From: Candidatus Kapaibacterium sp.
GTDB taxonomy: Bacteria; Bacteroidota; Ignavibacteria; Kapaibacteriales; UBA2268
Length of the DNA stretch: 64,000 nucleotides
Direction: 5' to 3'
NCBI GenBank assembly: GCA_963664875.1
Contig: OY761611.1
Location: 2,336,001-2,400,000 of the forward strand
Shown here: one piece after another, positions 1 through 10,295 of the stretch
Position numbering within the stretch: the first letter of the stretch is position 1
Layout of the letters: each line of letters starts with the position of its first letter
The notes under the pieces: generated by a model
Databases searched by the model: none
The model's input: the letters and a program-made list of their open reading frames with translations, nothing else
What the model was told of the DNA's origin: nothing
Position numbers and translations under genes: made by a program

Positions 1-2
1 TC

Positions 3-2366
3 TACGAAAGACCAATCAAAATAGCTTCTGATTTGCTAAGAGAGAGATCATGGTATCTTTATTTTGCCGGCATAGATCATCAGGTGGAAGTTTATTTTAA
101 TGATCAGTTTGTGGGCAGATATATAGGAGCTATGACTCCTTTCAAAGTTAGGATACCTGATAGAATGGTAGGGAAAAGTACGAATAGCATCAAACTTAAG
201 ATTTCCCCTGCAGAGTTCGCAGCGAAACAGGTCAAAGAGCAATTTTTAGATGCCAAGAAAATCTATACAGGTATGATTCGAGAATTGCTACTTGTTGGTA
301 CTCCAAAAATATGGGCAGATAATATCCATTACAAAATCAAATATGCTAAGAACGAAGCAATAGTAAACGCAAACGTAAATATTTCTGCTTCTAAATTTGA
401 AAATATCTTGAATGACAGACGATTTGTAGATTCTGCGGCTTCACCGGTCGCCGAAGCATCAAAAACTTCTGTATCCGTTCACCTTGCACTTGTAGATCAA
501 GCTACTGGCGATACTGTATTGCGATCAGACAAAAAGCAAATTGAGATAGAAAGAGAAAGAACTGTCGAAACAAAGTTCAAATTTTCTTATAATTCTGCAG
601 TGCTTTGGTCTCCTGAAAATCCATATCTTTACTCTCTTGTTGCCGTCGTCACAAAAAATGGCGGAATGATTGACAACTATGCTGTTGATCTCGGCTTTAG
701 AAATATCACAGGCTCTAAAGGCAAGTTGCTATTAAACGGCACTCCTATAGAAATAAAGGGTGTAAATTATATAGAAGATATTTATAAATATGCTGCCACG
801 ATTTCTCCGGAACAGATGGAAGCAGATATTAAAAATATCAAAACACTTGGAGCTAATACTATTAGGTTCAAATTCAACTCACCTCATCCTTATATGCTCA
901 AACTTTGTAATAAATATGGATTGATGGCTTTGATTGATTTGCCAATGTACGACGTACCGTCTTCTCTTGTAGGTGCCGGTGAAATCAGAGTTGACATGTC
1001 AAATAAAGCCAAACAATACATAAACCTGTATGATCAGAGTCCATCAGTGATTGCCTGGGGACTTTCCGAAGGAATTAGAGAAGGAGTTGCAGAGTCCCGC
1101 GAATACGAAGAAAAGGTAAGTTCAATATTTAGAGCCGGCTCAGATAAATTACTCTATAAAGTGGTGATGCTTGGAGCAGATACTTTAAATACAGATAATA
1201 TAGATTTTGTAGGATTTAAAGATTCAAAACAAAATGTAAGCATTGCAGAATCTGATGCGTTTTTAAAAGATGTGACAAAATATCTAAACAACAAACCGGC
1301 ATTCCTAACTTTTGGGGCTTATATTCAACCAAAAAATCACAACGGATATTCTGATAAACTATCTATTGAGCATCAGGCACATTACATAAGAAATATGTTC
1401 TATCTGAATAAAAATCACAAACTTTCGGGTGCTGTAGTTAACTCATACAATGATTATGCACTTGAGAATCCGTTACTAATTGCAGATAATGACAATCAAT
1501 ATTTAGGTTCTCTTGGATTGGTTGATAAAGGCAGACAAACCAGACTTAGCTATGAACTAATACAATCACTTTATAATAAAGAAAAAGAACCACTACTTGC
1601 AGAAGGAAGCTTTGCTCCTCAAACTCCTGTAAGTTTTCTGATAATTGGGCTAATTCTTGGCGTCTTGCTGATAGTACTTATCAATAGATTTAGACGATTT
1701 AGAGAGTATTTGTTCCGCTCATTACTGCGACCATACAATTTTTATGCTGATTTGCGAGACCAAAGGATAATGTCATCTGTGCAAACCTTCCTGCTCGGTT
1801 TGATAATTTCTATAACTATAGGTATATATTTTGCTTCAATACTTTATTTTTATAGAACAAATGAATTAGCTCAGTACGTATTAATGTTCCTTATACCATC
1901 CGAATCCTTGAAGGAAGTATTTTACAGACTTGCCTGGACTCCAATTCCGCTCATGCTATTTATTTCAGTCATAGCATTTGTGAAGCTATTTATTGTGTCG
2001 ATAATCATAAGAGCTTTTGCATTTTTTATGAGAGCGAGAATCTTTTTCGCCGATGCATTTACAATTGCTATATGGTCAGGAGTTCCGTTATTGGTTCTTC
2101 TTCCGGTTTCGGCTATACTCATTAGGATTTTAGTAGTGTCGCCGGACCTTATCGTGATGCTGTTGCTTGTATTTGCATTGATGATATTGTGGTTCGTAGG
2201 CAGAGTGCTACGTGCATCGTCAGTAATATTTGACAAAGTTGGACTAAAAGTATATACTGCCGGGCTTATTCTAATAGTAATATTAGTTGGCTTCCCTTTA
2301 GGATTCTACGAATACAATATGTCAATATTCGCCTTTGCAGAGTACTTTTTTAACGTATTACTGTAA
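3..2366 (+). CDS. GH2-like (beta-galactosidase/glucuronidase fold) protein with C-terminal multi-TM domain; 5'-partial
   Basis: Frame is open to the window edge. GH2 motifs LWSPENPYLY, GFRNI, LLLNG..IKGVN, IKTLGANTIR; about 6-7 hydrophobic helices in the last ~250 aa. Confidence 0.75.
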   Translation, partial: YERPIKIASDLLRERSWYLYFAGIDHQVEVYFNDQFVGRYIGAMTPFKVRIPDRMVGKSTNSIKLKISPAEFAAKQVKEQFLDAKKIYTGMIRELLLVGTPKIWADNIHYKIKYAKNEAIVNANVNISASKFENILNDRRFVDSAASPVAEASKTSVSVHLALVDQATGDTVLRSDKKQIEIERERTVETKFKFSYNSAVLWSPENPYLYSLVAVVTKNGGMIDNYAVDLGFRNITGSKGKLLLNGTPIEIKGVNYIEDIYKYAATISPEQMEADIKNIKTLGANTIRFKFNSPHPYMLKLCNKYGLMALIDLPMYDVPSSLVGAGEIRVDMSNKAKQYINLYDQSPSVIAWGLSEGIREGVAESREYEEKVSSIFRAGSDKLLYKVVMLGADTLNTDNIDFVGFKDSKQNVSIAESDAFLKDVTKYLNNKPAFLTFGAYIQPKNHNGYSDKLSIEHQAHYIRNMFYLNKNHKLSGAVVNSYNDYALENPLLIADNDNQYLGSLGLVDKGRQTRLSYELIQSLYNKEKEPLLAEGSFAPQTPVSFLIIGLILGVLLIVLINRFRRFREYLFRSLLRPYNFYADLRDQRIMSSVQTFLLGLIISITIGIYFASILYFYRTNELAQYVLMFLIPSESLKEVFYRLAWTPIPLMLFISVIAFVKLFIVSIIIRAFAFFMRARIFFADAFTIAIWSGVPLLVLLPVSAILIRILVVSPDLIVMLLLVFALMILWFVGRVLRASSVIFDKVGLKVYTAGLILIVILVGFPLGFYEYNMSIFAFAEYFFNVLL

Positions 2367-2396
2367 ATGAGTTCAAAATATTCCTTTGCTTATTTC

Positions 2397-2432
2397 ATGC
2401 CCAAGTCTTAACAGATTTGGGCATTTTTTTTT
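2397..2432 (+). terminator. Rho-independent terminator
   Basis: atgcccaagtct/agatttgggcat stem followed by a T run, just after the stop at 2366. Confidence 0.8.
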
Positions 2433-2839
2433 GGTTCTTCCAAAAATACTTCACTATGTGCTACAAAATATGTGTTTTGAGCATAAATTTTATGGTGTCA
2501 GATTTTTTGCATATATGAGGTACATAATTTATCGTTTAATTATATAGTAATATAATATAGGTTATTTGAGGTTGTTCATTTATTTTTCCTTTATCCTTGG
2601 TAATAGAATTACTCCCGTAACTTGGGCTCTGTTTTCTATTTACTTATAAATCACAAATTCGATAGCTAATCCTGCATTCATATTTGTTGACAAATATTCA
2701 AATCTCTTAGTGTCAGATTATTTACACAATGAACTTATATCATAAATTTTATAATTATTTTTGTATTTTTGTGAAACTTTTTCCTATTTCAGTTGTCATT
2801 ATAGATAGTAATGTAAATATTTTTAGAATAGAGGTACTC

Positions 2840-5620
2840 ATGAAGTCAATTCGTTTACTAATTTTATTACTTATGCTTAGTCCGATGATTCTAAAATCAG
2901 CACCGCAAATCAAAAAAGCTATTAAAGCCAATTTGATAAAATCAGGACAAGTAGCAAATTACCAAGACGGGAAGCATTATATAATTGCAATCCCACCTAA
3001 TGAAACAGAATCATTTGGCTGGAATGATTCAGCTATAGAAGTTTATATCGCGTCTGCATTTGATACAAACTTAGAAATTGACATCTTTGGAAACAAGAAA
3101 ACGGCATTTTTGAAAGCAAACGAAGTATATGTTTTAAATGAGCAAAATGGTCTCATGAAAGAAAATTGTGAATGTCGCCTACCGAATATTGCTTTACCGA
3201 AGACTATCGAAATCACCGCAGACCAGAATATTACAGTCCATGTTATCAATTCAAAGAGTACCACATCAGACGGATATATGGCAATTCCTGTTGAGTGGTG
3301 GGGCAATGAATATCTTCATTGTTCATATTATGACAACTACGAAAGCAATACAAACACATTTTCAGGTGGATTTTTAGTATTAGGATCCCAAGACAATACA
3401 AATGTGGAAGTAGAATTAAGAGGAATAGCAGATGACCCGGATGCAACTTTAAGAGGAAACACGTCAAAAAAAATCGGAGATGTTCTTACTTTCAAAGTTG
3501 ATAGAGCAGAAGTTTATCAAATAGATTCTGACGGCATGACTCGAGGTCAAATTGATTTATCTGGCTCTAAGATTACATCAGATAAACCAGTAGGAGTTAT
3601 ATCTTACCATCAACGTACAGTAATACCTATTTTTCTAAATAGTTCTCGTGATCACTTATCTTCTATGATGCAACCCACTCCGGCATTAAGTACTAATTAT
3701 GCTTCAATCTCATTAGAGAGAGGAGGAAAAAAGAAAGGTGACTTGTTTAGGATAGTTGCTGTAGAAGCTAATACAAACTATACAGCAACATGGTACGATT
3801 TCGAAACAAAACAAATTATAGATACTAAATCGGGACTAATCAGCAAAGCGGGCGAATTTGTTGATATTTCTGATGACTTATCAGGTAATCCTACGATATA
3901 CTCGATTACAGGAACTTCTGTATTTGAAGCCGATAAACCAATTCTTCTAATGCAGTATTCTTATTCAGGTGGTTGGGATGGCACAGAATATGACCCATTC
4001 ATGTGGAATGTAACCGGAATGGATCAATACACTAACAACGCAATAGTACAGGCTCCATACAATAAGACTTTTGGAGAAAACTATATAAATATTATTGCAA
4101 ATGAAATATCCGGTGACCCTACTTTGCCAGGCATAAAGTCTATTGAAATAGATAACATTAAAGTTGTTGACAGAGTTCCATCATTTACTACTAACAATAT
4201 TCCCGGAACTACTCTTTACTGGGCAAGAATTCGTATAGCCCCGGGCATTCATAGAATCTACAGCAATGGAGATGCTCTTTTTGGTGCTTATGTCTATGGC
4301 TATAAATCTGTAGATTCTTATGGTTGGCCTGCTGTCATGGCAAGCCATGAAACTTCATCTACAGACTCATTAGCCCCAAGTATTAGTTATGTACAGAATT
4401 CTATCCCATATCTATGGCAAGTTCTAATCGAAGATAATCGCCAAATGGATAGAGTCGGTAATGAGAAACAACAACTTGACTCGAAAATTGCGTATGGACC
4501 TATTACTCTTATTAAGAATCAGTATGGTCTTAATACTGAGAACTTCAAAGAGCCTTTGATTGACTTTGAATGGGGCGACGAATTACACGATAAATATATC
4601 GTTGATTTAGAAGTCGAAAACCCCTATGAGTATGCTAAAGCATATTTTTACGTAGCTGACATTGCAGGCAATGTCGCATTTGACTCTTTAGAATATCACC
4701 CTTTCAAATTGAACATGAACAATGTGGAAGAAGTTGATTTTGGTGGTGTATTGATAGAGCAAAGAAAAACAAAAACGTTTACTTTCGAAAACAAATCAAC
4801 TTTTGACTGCGAAATTAGTTCGATTTCTCTTTTCAAAGGAGAATTATTCAATATTATTTCGGATAATATACCAAGTTATCTAAATGTAGGCGAATCTCTT
4901 GAAATTGAGATTGAATATGCTCCAACCGAAATATCAGATAATGATACCGACTCTATAATTGTTACTGCCGCGAACTTAAGCTTTGCCTGGGAAATTAAAG
5001 GTTATGGCATTGACAATAAAGAACGTATAGAACTTAGTTCAAATGAGATCGACTTTGGAACAATTTATGTAAATGATGAAAAATCACAGACCTTATCAAT
5101 CAACAACACAGGTCAAGAGATTCTAAAAATCAATTCAATCGAATTAGCAAACGGCTCAATATTTGAGTTGCTAAACTCTAAACCATTCCCTATGACTTTA
5201 GGTTCCGGAAAGAGTCTTTACTTCGAGTTGGTATATAAGCCTACTGTAGCCTCTGACTTAGATATTGACACAGTTGTAGTTAAAACTGATACCAATACTT
5301 ATAAATGTGTCTTGAGAGCAAGTGCAGAACCAGACCTTGGAGTCTATGATAACGAAAATGTTGACGATATAATTAAACTTTCTCCGAATCCAATTAGTAC
5401 AGATGCAGATATTACTATTACAATGCCGGAGGCAGGTAATGTAAGAGTATCACTTTACACTAGTACCGGAAAATTGGTTAAAGAATTATATAACAGTTTC
5501 GCAGCTATAGGCGATTTCAGTTTTAGATTCAATTCGGAAGGAATTGCAGCAGGTAGCTACTCTTTAATTATTGAACAAGCTGATATGAAATATGTCAAGC
5601 AGATTGTTGTTTCAAAATAG
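2840..5620 (+). CDS. Secreted IgGFc-binding N-terminal-domain protein with choice-of-anchor D (ASH) domains and T9SS C-terminal sorting domain
   Basis: GAGG then ATG at 2840, with signal peptide MKSIRLLILLL. Motifs TSDGYMAIPVEWWGNEY, ITSDKPVGV, GAYVYG...SYGWP; two DFG..V Ig-like repeats; C-terminal SPNP...GSYSL. Confidence 0.75.
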   Translation: MKSIRLLILLLMLSPMILKSAPQIKKAIKANLIKSGQVANYQDGKHYIIAIPPNETESFGWNDSAIEVYIASAFDTNLEIDIFGNKKTAFLKANEVYVLNEQNGLMKENCECRLPNIALPKTIEITADQNITVHVINSKSTTSDGYMAIPVEWWGNEYLHCSYYDNYESNTNTFSGGFLVLGSQDNTNVEVELRGIADDPDATLRGNTSKKIGDVLTFKVDRAEVYQIDSDGMTRGQIDLSGSKITSDKPVGVISYHQRTVIPIFLNSSRDHLSSMMQPTPALSTNYASISLERGGKKKGDLFRIVAVEANTNYTATWYDFETKQIIDTKSGLISKAGEFVDISDDLSGNPTIYSITGTSVFEADKPILLMQYSYSGGWDGTEYDPFMWNVTGMDQYTNNAIVQAPYNKTFGENYINIIANEISGDPTLPGIKSIEIDNIKVVDRVPSFTTNNIPGTTLYWARIRIAPGIHRIYSNGDALFGAYVYGYKSVDSYGWPAVMASHETSSTDSLAPSISYVQNSIPYLWQVLIEDNRQMDRVGNEKQQLDSKIAYGPITLIKNQYGLNTENFKEPLIDFEWGDELHDKYIVDLEVENPYEYAKAYFYVADIAGNVAFDSLEYHPFKLNMNNVEEVDFGGVLIEQRKTKTFTFENKSTFDCEISSISLFKGELFNIISDNIPSYLNVGESLEIEIEYAPTEISDNDTDSIIVTAANLSFAWEIKGYGIDNKERIELSSNEIDFGTIYVNDEKSQTLSINNTGQEILKINSIELANGSIFELLNSKPFPMTLGSGKSLYFELVYKPTVASDLDIDTVVVKTDTNTYKCVLRASAEPDLGVYDNENVDDIIKLSPNPISTDADITITMPEAGNVRVSLYTSTGKLVKELYNSFAAIGDFSFRFNSEGIAAGSYSLIIEQADMKYVKQIVVSK

Positions 5621-5652
5621 TTTGAAATAGAAAATCTCATATTCAAGAAAAT

Positions 5653-5694
5653 AAGTACTGCTTGGTTAGACTGTTTGACCAAGCAGTACTTTTT
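5653..5694. terminator. Bidirectional terminator between convergent genes
   Basis: aagtactgcttggt/accaagcagtactt stem with A and T flanks. Confidence 0.8.
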
Positions 5695-5728
5695 ATTTGT
5701 GTGGATTTTTACACCTATTTATCTGGCT

Positions 5729-7147
5729 TTAAGCTAATTCCTCGGCTTCTTTCAGCAAGACAGCCAATTTTTCTCTGCTAAAAATATTCATTACAGTCGC
5801 TCTGAGATAAACTTTACCGTTTATTTTTGTATGCACTATGTAATAGTCTCCCTTTTCTAAGAGTTTATTGCGGATACGCAAATTGGTTTCATCTTGTTGA
5901 GAGTCTGTAAGATTTGGTGGTACATATCTGAAGCAGATAATATTTGATTCGGGCTCTGCAGCAAGTTCCCAATTGGCAGATGCTTTTACAATATCAGCAA
6001 ATTCTGAAGTCAAAGCTGCTGTTTTCTCGATGTATTCGCGTATTATATCTCCTCCATATAGTTTCAATATGGTATAGATTTTTAGACTAATCATTCTTTT
6101 TGTACATTCCATTGTAAACGCTGCAAGGTCGTAGCCAAGTTTTTCATCTGCATATAATAGATATTCTGCTTTTTGAGCAAAAGTTGCTCTTGCTTCTGCC
6201 CTATCTTTGAACAAAACCGCTGTTGCGAGTGCAGGCACTAACATCATTTTGTGAAAATCAATTACCACAGAATCAGCACGTTCCATTCCTTTGCAAAGGT
6301 GCTTATACTTGTTTGAGAACACAGCCGCTCCACCGTGAGCTGCATCAATATGAAACCATAATTGGTGTTCTTCACAGAAGTCTGCTATTTGATCCAAAGG
6401 ATCATAAGTACCGGTTCCGGTAGAACCTGCAACACCTACTACTATAATAGGTTTGAATCCTCGAGCTATTGCTTCTTCATATCTGTTCTTTAGACTATCT
6501 ATGTCAAGCTTGAATTTATCATCGCAAGCAACTTTGAATATCGCAGTTTCTCCTAATCCCATAATCTTAACTGCCCTATCTATACAATAATGGGCATATT
6601 CAGAAACAAATATTGCAAATTTACTGTCTTTATTGCCGAACTTCCAAATATCATAATCAGCTTTTGCCTGCCTTGCAGCAAGCAATGCAGTTAAGTTACC
6701 AATCGAACCACCTGAAGTAATTACCCCATCGGATGATAGCGGCATTCCAATTTGGTCTGCTAAATATCTGATTACAAACTTTTCCATTGCAGTACCGGAA
6801 GGCCCCATTTCATAAATAGCCATACCATTATTCAATAAATCTGATACTAAGCCGGCAAGTGCTGCTTCCGGTAGAGGTGGAACAACCTGATGCCCAATAT
6901 ATCCGGGATTGTGCAAGTGATTTGAATCTTCTATTACTTGCTCCATCAATCCGTCTAAAGATTGGGGTTGTAGATTAGAATATTTTTCCAAAAGTATCTG
7001 AGGCGGATTTGGCGGTAAAACATAATCCTGTTTTCCTTCGTAAGATTTTTCAAGGTAATCGGCAAGTAAGTCTATAATTTTGTATCCTTGTTTTCTAAAA
7101 TTATCAGAGCTATAAGCATTTTCTAAATTCATGGCAGTCCTATTCAT
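5729..7147 (-). CDS. PLP-dependent group II amino-acid decarboxylase (DABA/aromatic/glutamate decarboxylase family)
   Basis: SGGSIGN, HIDAAHGG, DFHK (PLP lysine). Start set to ATG 7147; 7132 is an alternative. Confidence 0.85.
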   Translation of the reverse strand: MNRTAMNLENAYSSDNFRKQGYKIIDLLADYLEKSYEGKQDYVLPPNPPQILLEKYSNLQPQSLDGLMEQVIEDSNHLHNPGYIGHQVVPPLPEAALAGLVSDLLNNGMAIYEMGPSGTAMEKFVIRYLADQIGMPLSSDGVITSGGSIGNLTALLAARQAKADYDIWKFGNKDSKFAIFVSEYAHYCIDRAVKIMGLGETAIFKVACDDKFKLDIDSLKNRYEEAIARGFKPIIVVGVAGSTGTGTYDPLDQIADFCEEHQLWFHIDAAHGGAAVFSNKYKHLCKGMERADSVVIDFHKMMLVPALATAVLFKDRAEARATFAQKAEYLLYADEKLGYDLAAFTMECTKRMISLKIYTILKLYGGDIIREYIEKTAALTSEFADIVKASANWELAAEPESNIICFRYVPPNLTDSQQDETNLRIRNKLLEKGDYYIVHTKINGKVYLRATVMNIFSREKLAVLLKEAEELA

Positions 7148-7345
7148 ATTTCCTATATCTATTAGCAATATAGATAATATTATTGTTTCCGAAATAATAT
7201 TTTTATAATATTCACTTTCAGAGGTTGTATATCTTTTCAAAGGAGCTGACAAATCAAGTATATGCAAAATCTTTTGTTATGAAATAAAATATTAGTATAT
7301 TCGGCTATATACTAACATAAGTGTATGTTCTAATTGTGGTTAGCT

Positions 7346-8098
7346 ATGCTTTCTAATGTTTCCCTAAGAGAATCAAATTATCTCAATCGAGGCCAAAGTA
7401 GCTCTCCTTCAGAGATAAACACACCTTCAGAAATGAAGGATGGCATTGCTATAAGCGGAAACAAAGAAAACAATAGGCAGAAAGACCGAAAAGAAATAAG
7501 TGAGGAATCTAAAGTAAAATCCAAAAATAACGCAGCATCTCAAGAGCTTACAGAAGACGAAGAAAAACAGGTAAAAGAACTTAAGCAAATTGATGCAGAG
7601 GTTCGAAGACATGAGCAGGCACATCTCGCTGCCGGAGGTTCACTTGTGAGGGGAGGAGCTTCTTTTGGCTACCAACGCGGACCTGACGGGAAGCAATACG
7701 CCGTTTCCGGTGAAGTTAATATAGAAATGGCACCGGTAGATGGCGACCCTGAAGCTACAATTCAAAAAATGCAACAAGTAAAGAGTGCAGCCCTTGCCCC
7801 TGCAGAACCTTCTGCCCAAGACAGATCAGTTGCCTCAAGAGCTTCTTCGATTGAAGCACAGGCTAGGGCTGAACTGCTCAGCGAACAGAGCAATAGCAGC
7901 TCTGTTGAAGCTGATTTCAATAAGTCCGATAAATCAGAAACAAATGCTATCGAAAAAAGTGAAGTTAGAGAAAATGATGGTGATTCTGATGACTCTGAGC
8001 AAAACAATGTATTTAGTACAGGAAGTACCATAGAAAGTCTCAAACAGGCATATCTTTTCTCCGATACCCCTCTCAATTTAGTAAATGCTTACGCTTGA
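7346..8098 (+). CDS. SprA-related family protein (putative metalloprotease)
   Basis: D.EVRRHEQAH, GPDGKQYAVSGEV, AALAPAEPSAQD motifs. Confidence 0.8.
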   Translation: MLSNVSLRESNYLNRGQSSSPSEINTPSEMKDGIAISGNKENNRQKDRKEISEESKVKSKNNAASQELTEDEEKQVKELKQIDAEVRRHEQAHLAAGGSLVRGGASFGYQRGPDGKQYAVSGEVNIEMAPVDGDPEATIQKMQQVKSAALAPAEPSAQDRSVASRASSIEAQARAELLSEQSNSSSVEADFNKSDKSETNAIEKSEVRENDGDSDDSEQNNVFSTGSTIESLKQAYLFSDTPLNLVNAYA

Positions 8099-8211
8099 GA
8101 GGTTTAATATCACACAATGAATCAAGATTAGTTTATTTTTAAGCAGTATTTATCAGAATATTTTCTTAAATTATACTGTCCCAATACTTTTAGTGCATAT
8201 TTGGTAAATTT

Positions 8212-8610
8212 ATGTTTCTCAAACGCTTTATAGTATTTTTGCTTGTGTTTAGCTATTCAATAGTGATAGCACATGATATAATACCACATCATTGCCATCC
8301 TGATCAAGGGATTGTCCGCCATGATGACTGTCTTGCGTCTGAGGATTGCACACTAAAAGGGACACATTGCGCGAATCCTTTGTGTGAAGTACTTCCCGAC
8401 CACGACTTCTCTGAGTATTATCAAAAAGCAAAAGGCAAAGTAAAACCAACAACGCAGATCATTGCTCTAATTGAAAAAATATTGCAAATAGAGCCCATAT
8501 ATACTATTCCTATAGAAGAGTTTGACCTTTCCAAACTCTCATTTCTTCTGCCTGAACGGCAATTCTATATACAACATCATAGAAGAGGACCACCCTCTTT
8601 CATCGCCTAA
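8212..8610 (+). CDS. Small His/Cys-rich exported protein ending RGPP (DUF2946/DUF6769-like leader of a metal-efflux operon)
   Basis: N-terminal hydrophobic helix, HDIIPHHCH, C-terminal RRGPPSFIA; lies upstream of the RND operon. Confidence 0.6.
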   Translation: MFLKRFIVFLLVFSYSIVIAHDIIPHHCHPDQGIVRHDDCLASEDCTLKGTHCANPLCEVLPDHDFSEYYQKAKGKVKPTTQIIALIEKILQIEPIYTIPIEEFDLSKLSFLLPERQFYIQHHRRGPPSFIA

Positions 8611-8940
8611 TTTATATCTTATATAGATAATTTAGGGATGCTTTTATTATAGTGCATGTTTATCGAAACTTGGCTTATTGTAGCCTGAGAGAGTGCATTT
8701 TCATCGCTATATGCAGAAGAATTATACTTCAAATCTATAAATTCTTTTGCAACAGTAATATGTCCCTGATGTACACAAATAGTATAACCTATAAAAAACT
8801 TCGGCTTATACTCTTTTTTGATTACAAGAGAAAGTCAAAGTTCAGCAATTTAGAATTTATGCATTATATCATTAAAAATATCTCTATATACAAACAATCT
8901 CGAAAAATTATACAAATTCAAAAATAAAAGGAATCAAACA

Positions 8941-10266
8941 ATGCTTAAAAAGCTATTATTTGTATTGCTGGCAGTTACTTACATCTCTTTTATGACTGCC
9001 TGCAACGAAGCTCAATCTAAGGAAGAGCACAATCATACGGAGCAATCCGAGGAACATTCTCATGAGCATGGAGAGGAAGCTCACAATCACGACCATTCGA
9101 CTGAAGCACATGATCATGACCATGAGCATGGAGAAGAGTGTGACCATTCGCATGAAGAGGATAAACATGCACATAATCACGAAGGTCATAGTCACGCGCA
9201 TAATGACCATGCCGGACATGAATCTGAGAATCCAAATGAAGTAGAGTTTTCTTTAGCAATGGCAAAAAAAGTGGGACTGCAAACCACAAAAATTAGACCT
9301 GTAAAGTTTTACGATGTTATCAAAACTTCCGGTGAAATACTCCCGGCACGAGGAGACGAATCAATTGTAGTGGCTTCTCATAGCGGTAAAATATTTTTTA
9401 GTGGAGATTTGCTTTTCGAAGGTACAAACATTCGGCAAAATCAGCAGCTGTTTTTGATTTCGAGTGAGTCTTTAGTAGATGATAACTACAAAAAGGAATT
9501 TATTGAAGCAAAAGCAGCATTCACAAAACAAAAAAGTGATTACGAACGTGCAAAAAAACTATACGAAGACAAAATAATTCCTGAAAAAGAATACTTGTCA
9601 GTCAAGTTAGACTATGAAAATGCAGAACTTGCTTTCAATCATGTCTCATCAAACTATGCGAGCGACGGATTAAAAATTAAGTCCCCAATTTCAGGCTATG
9701 TCAGTAAAGTCTATGTAGAAGCAGGACAGTACGTTGCAACCGGTCAACCTTTGATGAAAGTTTCAAAAAATATCAAACTTGTTATGAGAGCAGATTTGCC
9801 TCAACGCTATTATGAGCAAATTCCCAATATTACATCTGCTTCTTTTAAAACTACTTACTGCACTACGCCTCATGATATTAAAGACTTGAACGGCAGACTA
9901 ATATCCTACGGTAAATACACTGACGGTAGCTCATACTACACCCCAATATTTTTCGAATTAGATTCGAGAAGCCATATCATTCCGGGTGCTTATGTAGAGA
10001 TTTTTCTTCATTCTACTCCTATCGAAAATGCAATTGTAGTTCCGAAAGAAGCAATAATGGAAGAGCAGGGTTTACATTATGTATTTGTTAAACTTTCAGA
10101 TACCCATTACGAGAGACGATTTGTTGAAGTAGCCGGCGGAGATGGCATTAAAGCAAGGATAGCTTCAGGCTTAGATTTTGGAGATATAGTAGTCGGCAAA
10201 GGTGCCAATAATATAAAACTAGCGTCAAAAGCAAGCGGAGCAGTTCCACATTCGCACTCTCACTAA
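8941..10266 (+). CDS. RND efflux periplasmic adaptor (CzcB/CusB-like) with His-rich N-terminus
   Basis: Lipoprotein signal (TAC), long His/Glu/Asp tract, IKSPISGYV..V.V..GQYV, AIVVPKEA. Confidence 0.9.
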   Translation: MLKKLLFVLLAVTYISFMTACNEAQSKEEHNHTEQSEEHSHEHGEEAHNHDHSTEAHDHDHEHGEECDHSHEEDKHAHNHEGHSHAHNDHAGHESENPNEVEFSLAMAKKVGLQTTKIRPVKFYDVIKTSGEILPARGDESIVVASHSGKIFFSGDLLFEGTNIRQNQQLFLISSESLVDDNYKKEFIEAKAAFTKQKSDYERAKKLYEDKIIPEKEYLSVKLDYENAELAFNHVSSNYASDGLKIKSPISGYVSKVYVEAGQYVATGQPLMKVSKNIKLVMRADLPQRYYEQIPNITSASFKTTYCTTPHDIKDLNGRLISYGKYTDGSSYYTPIFFELDSRSHIIPGAYVEIFLHSTPIENAIVVPKEAIMEEQGLHYVFVKLSDTHYERRFVEVAGGDGIKARIASGLDFGDIVVGKGANNIKLASKASGAVPHSHSH

Positions 10267-10295
10267 TTTGTAAAATCTAAAGTTCGGATATAAAA

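Noticed and set aside
8652-8927. 91-aa ORF between the leader and the adaptor gene
   Set aside because: GTG start, no RBS, and composition like AT-rich intergenic DNA; probably spurious.
9020-9230. Repetitive CAT/GAN tract with overlapping ORFs in several frames
   Set aside because: This is the His-rich metal-binding linker of the RND adaptor; the other frames are shadows.
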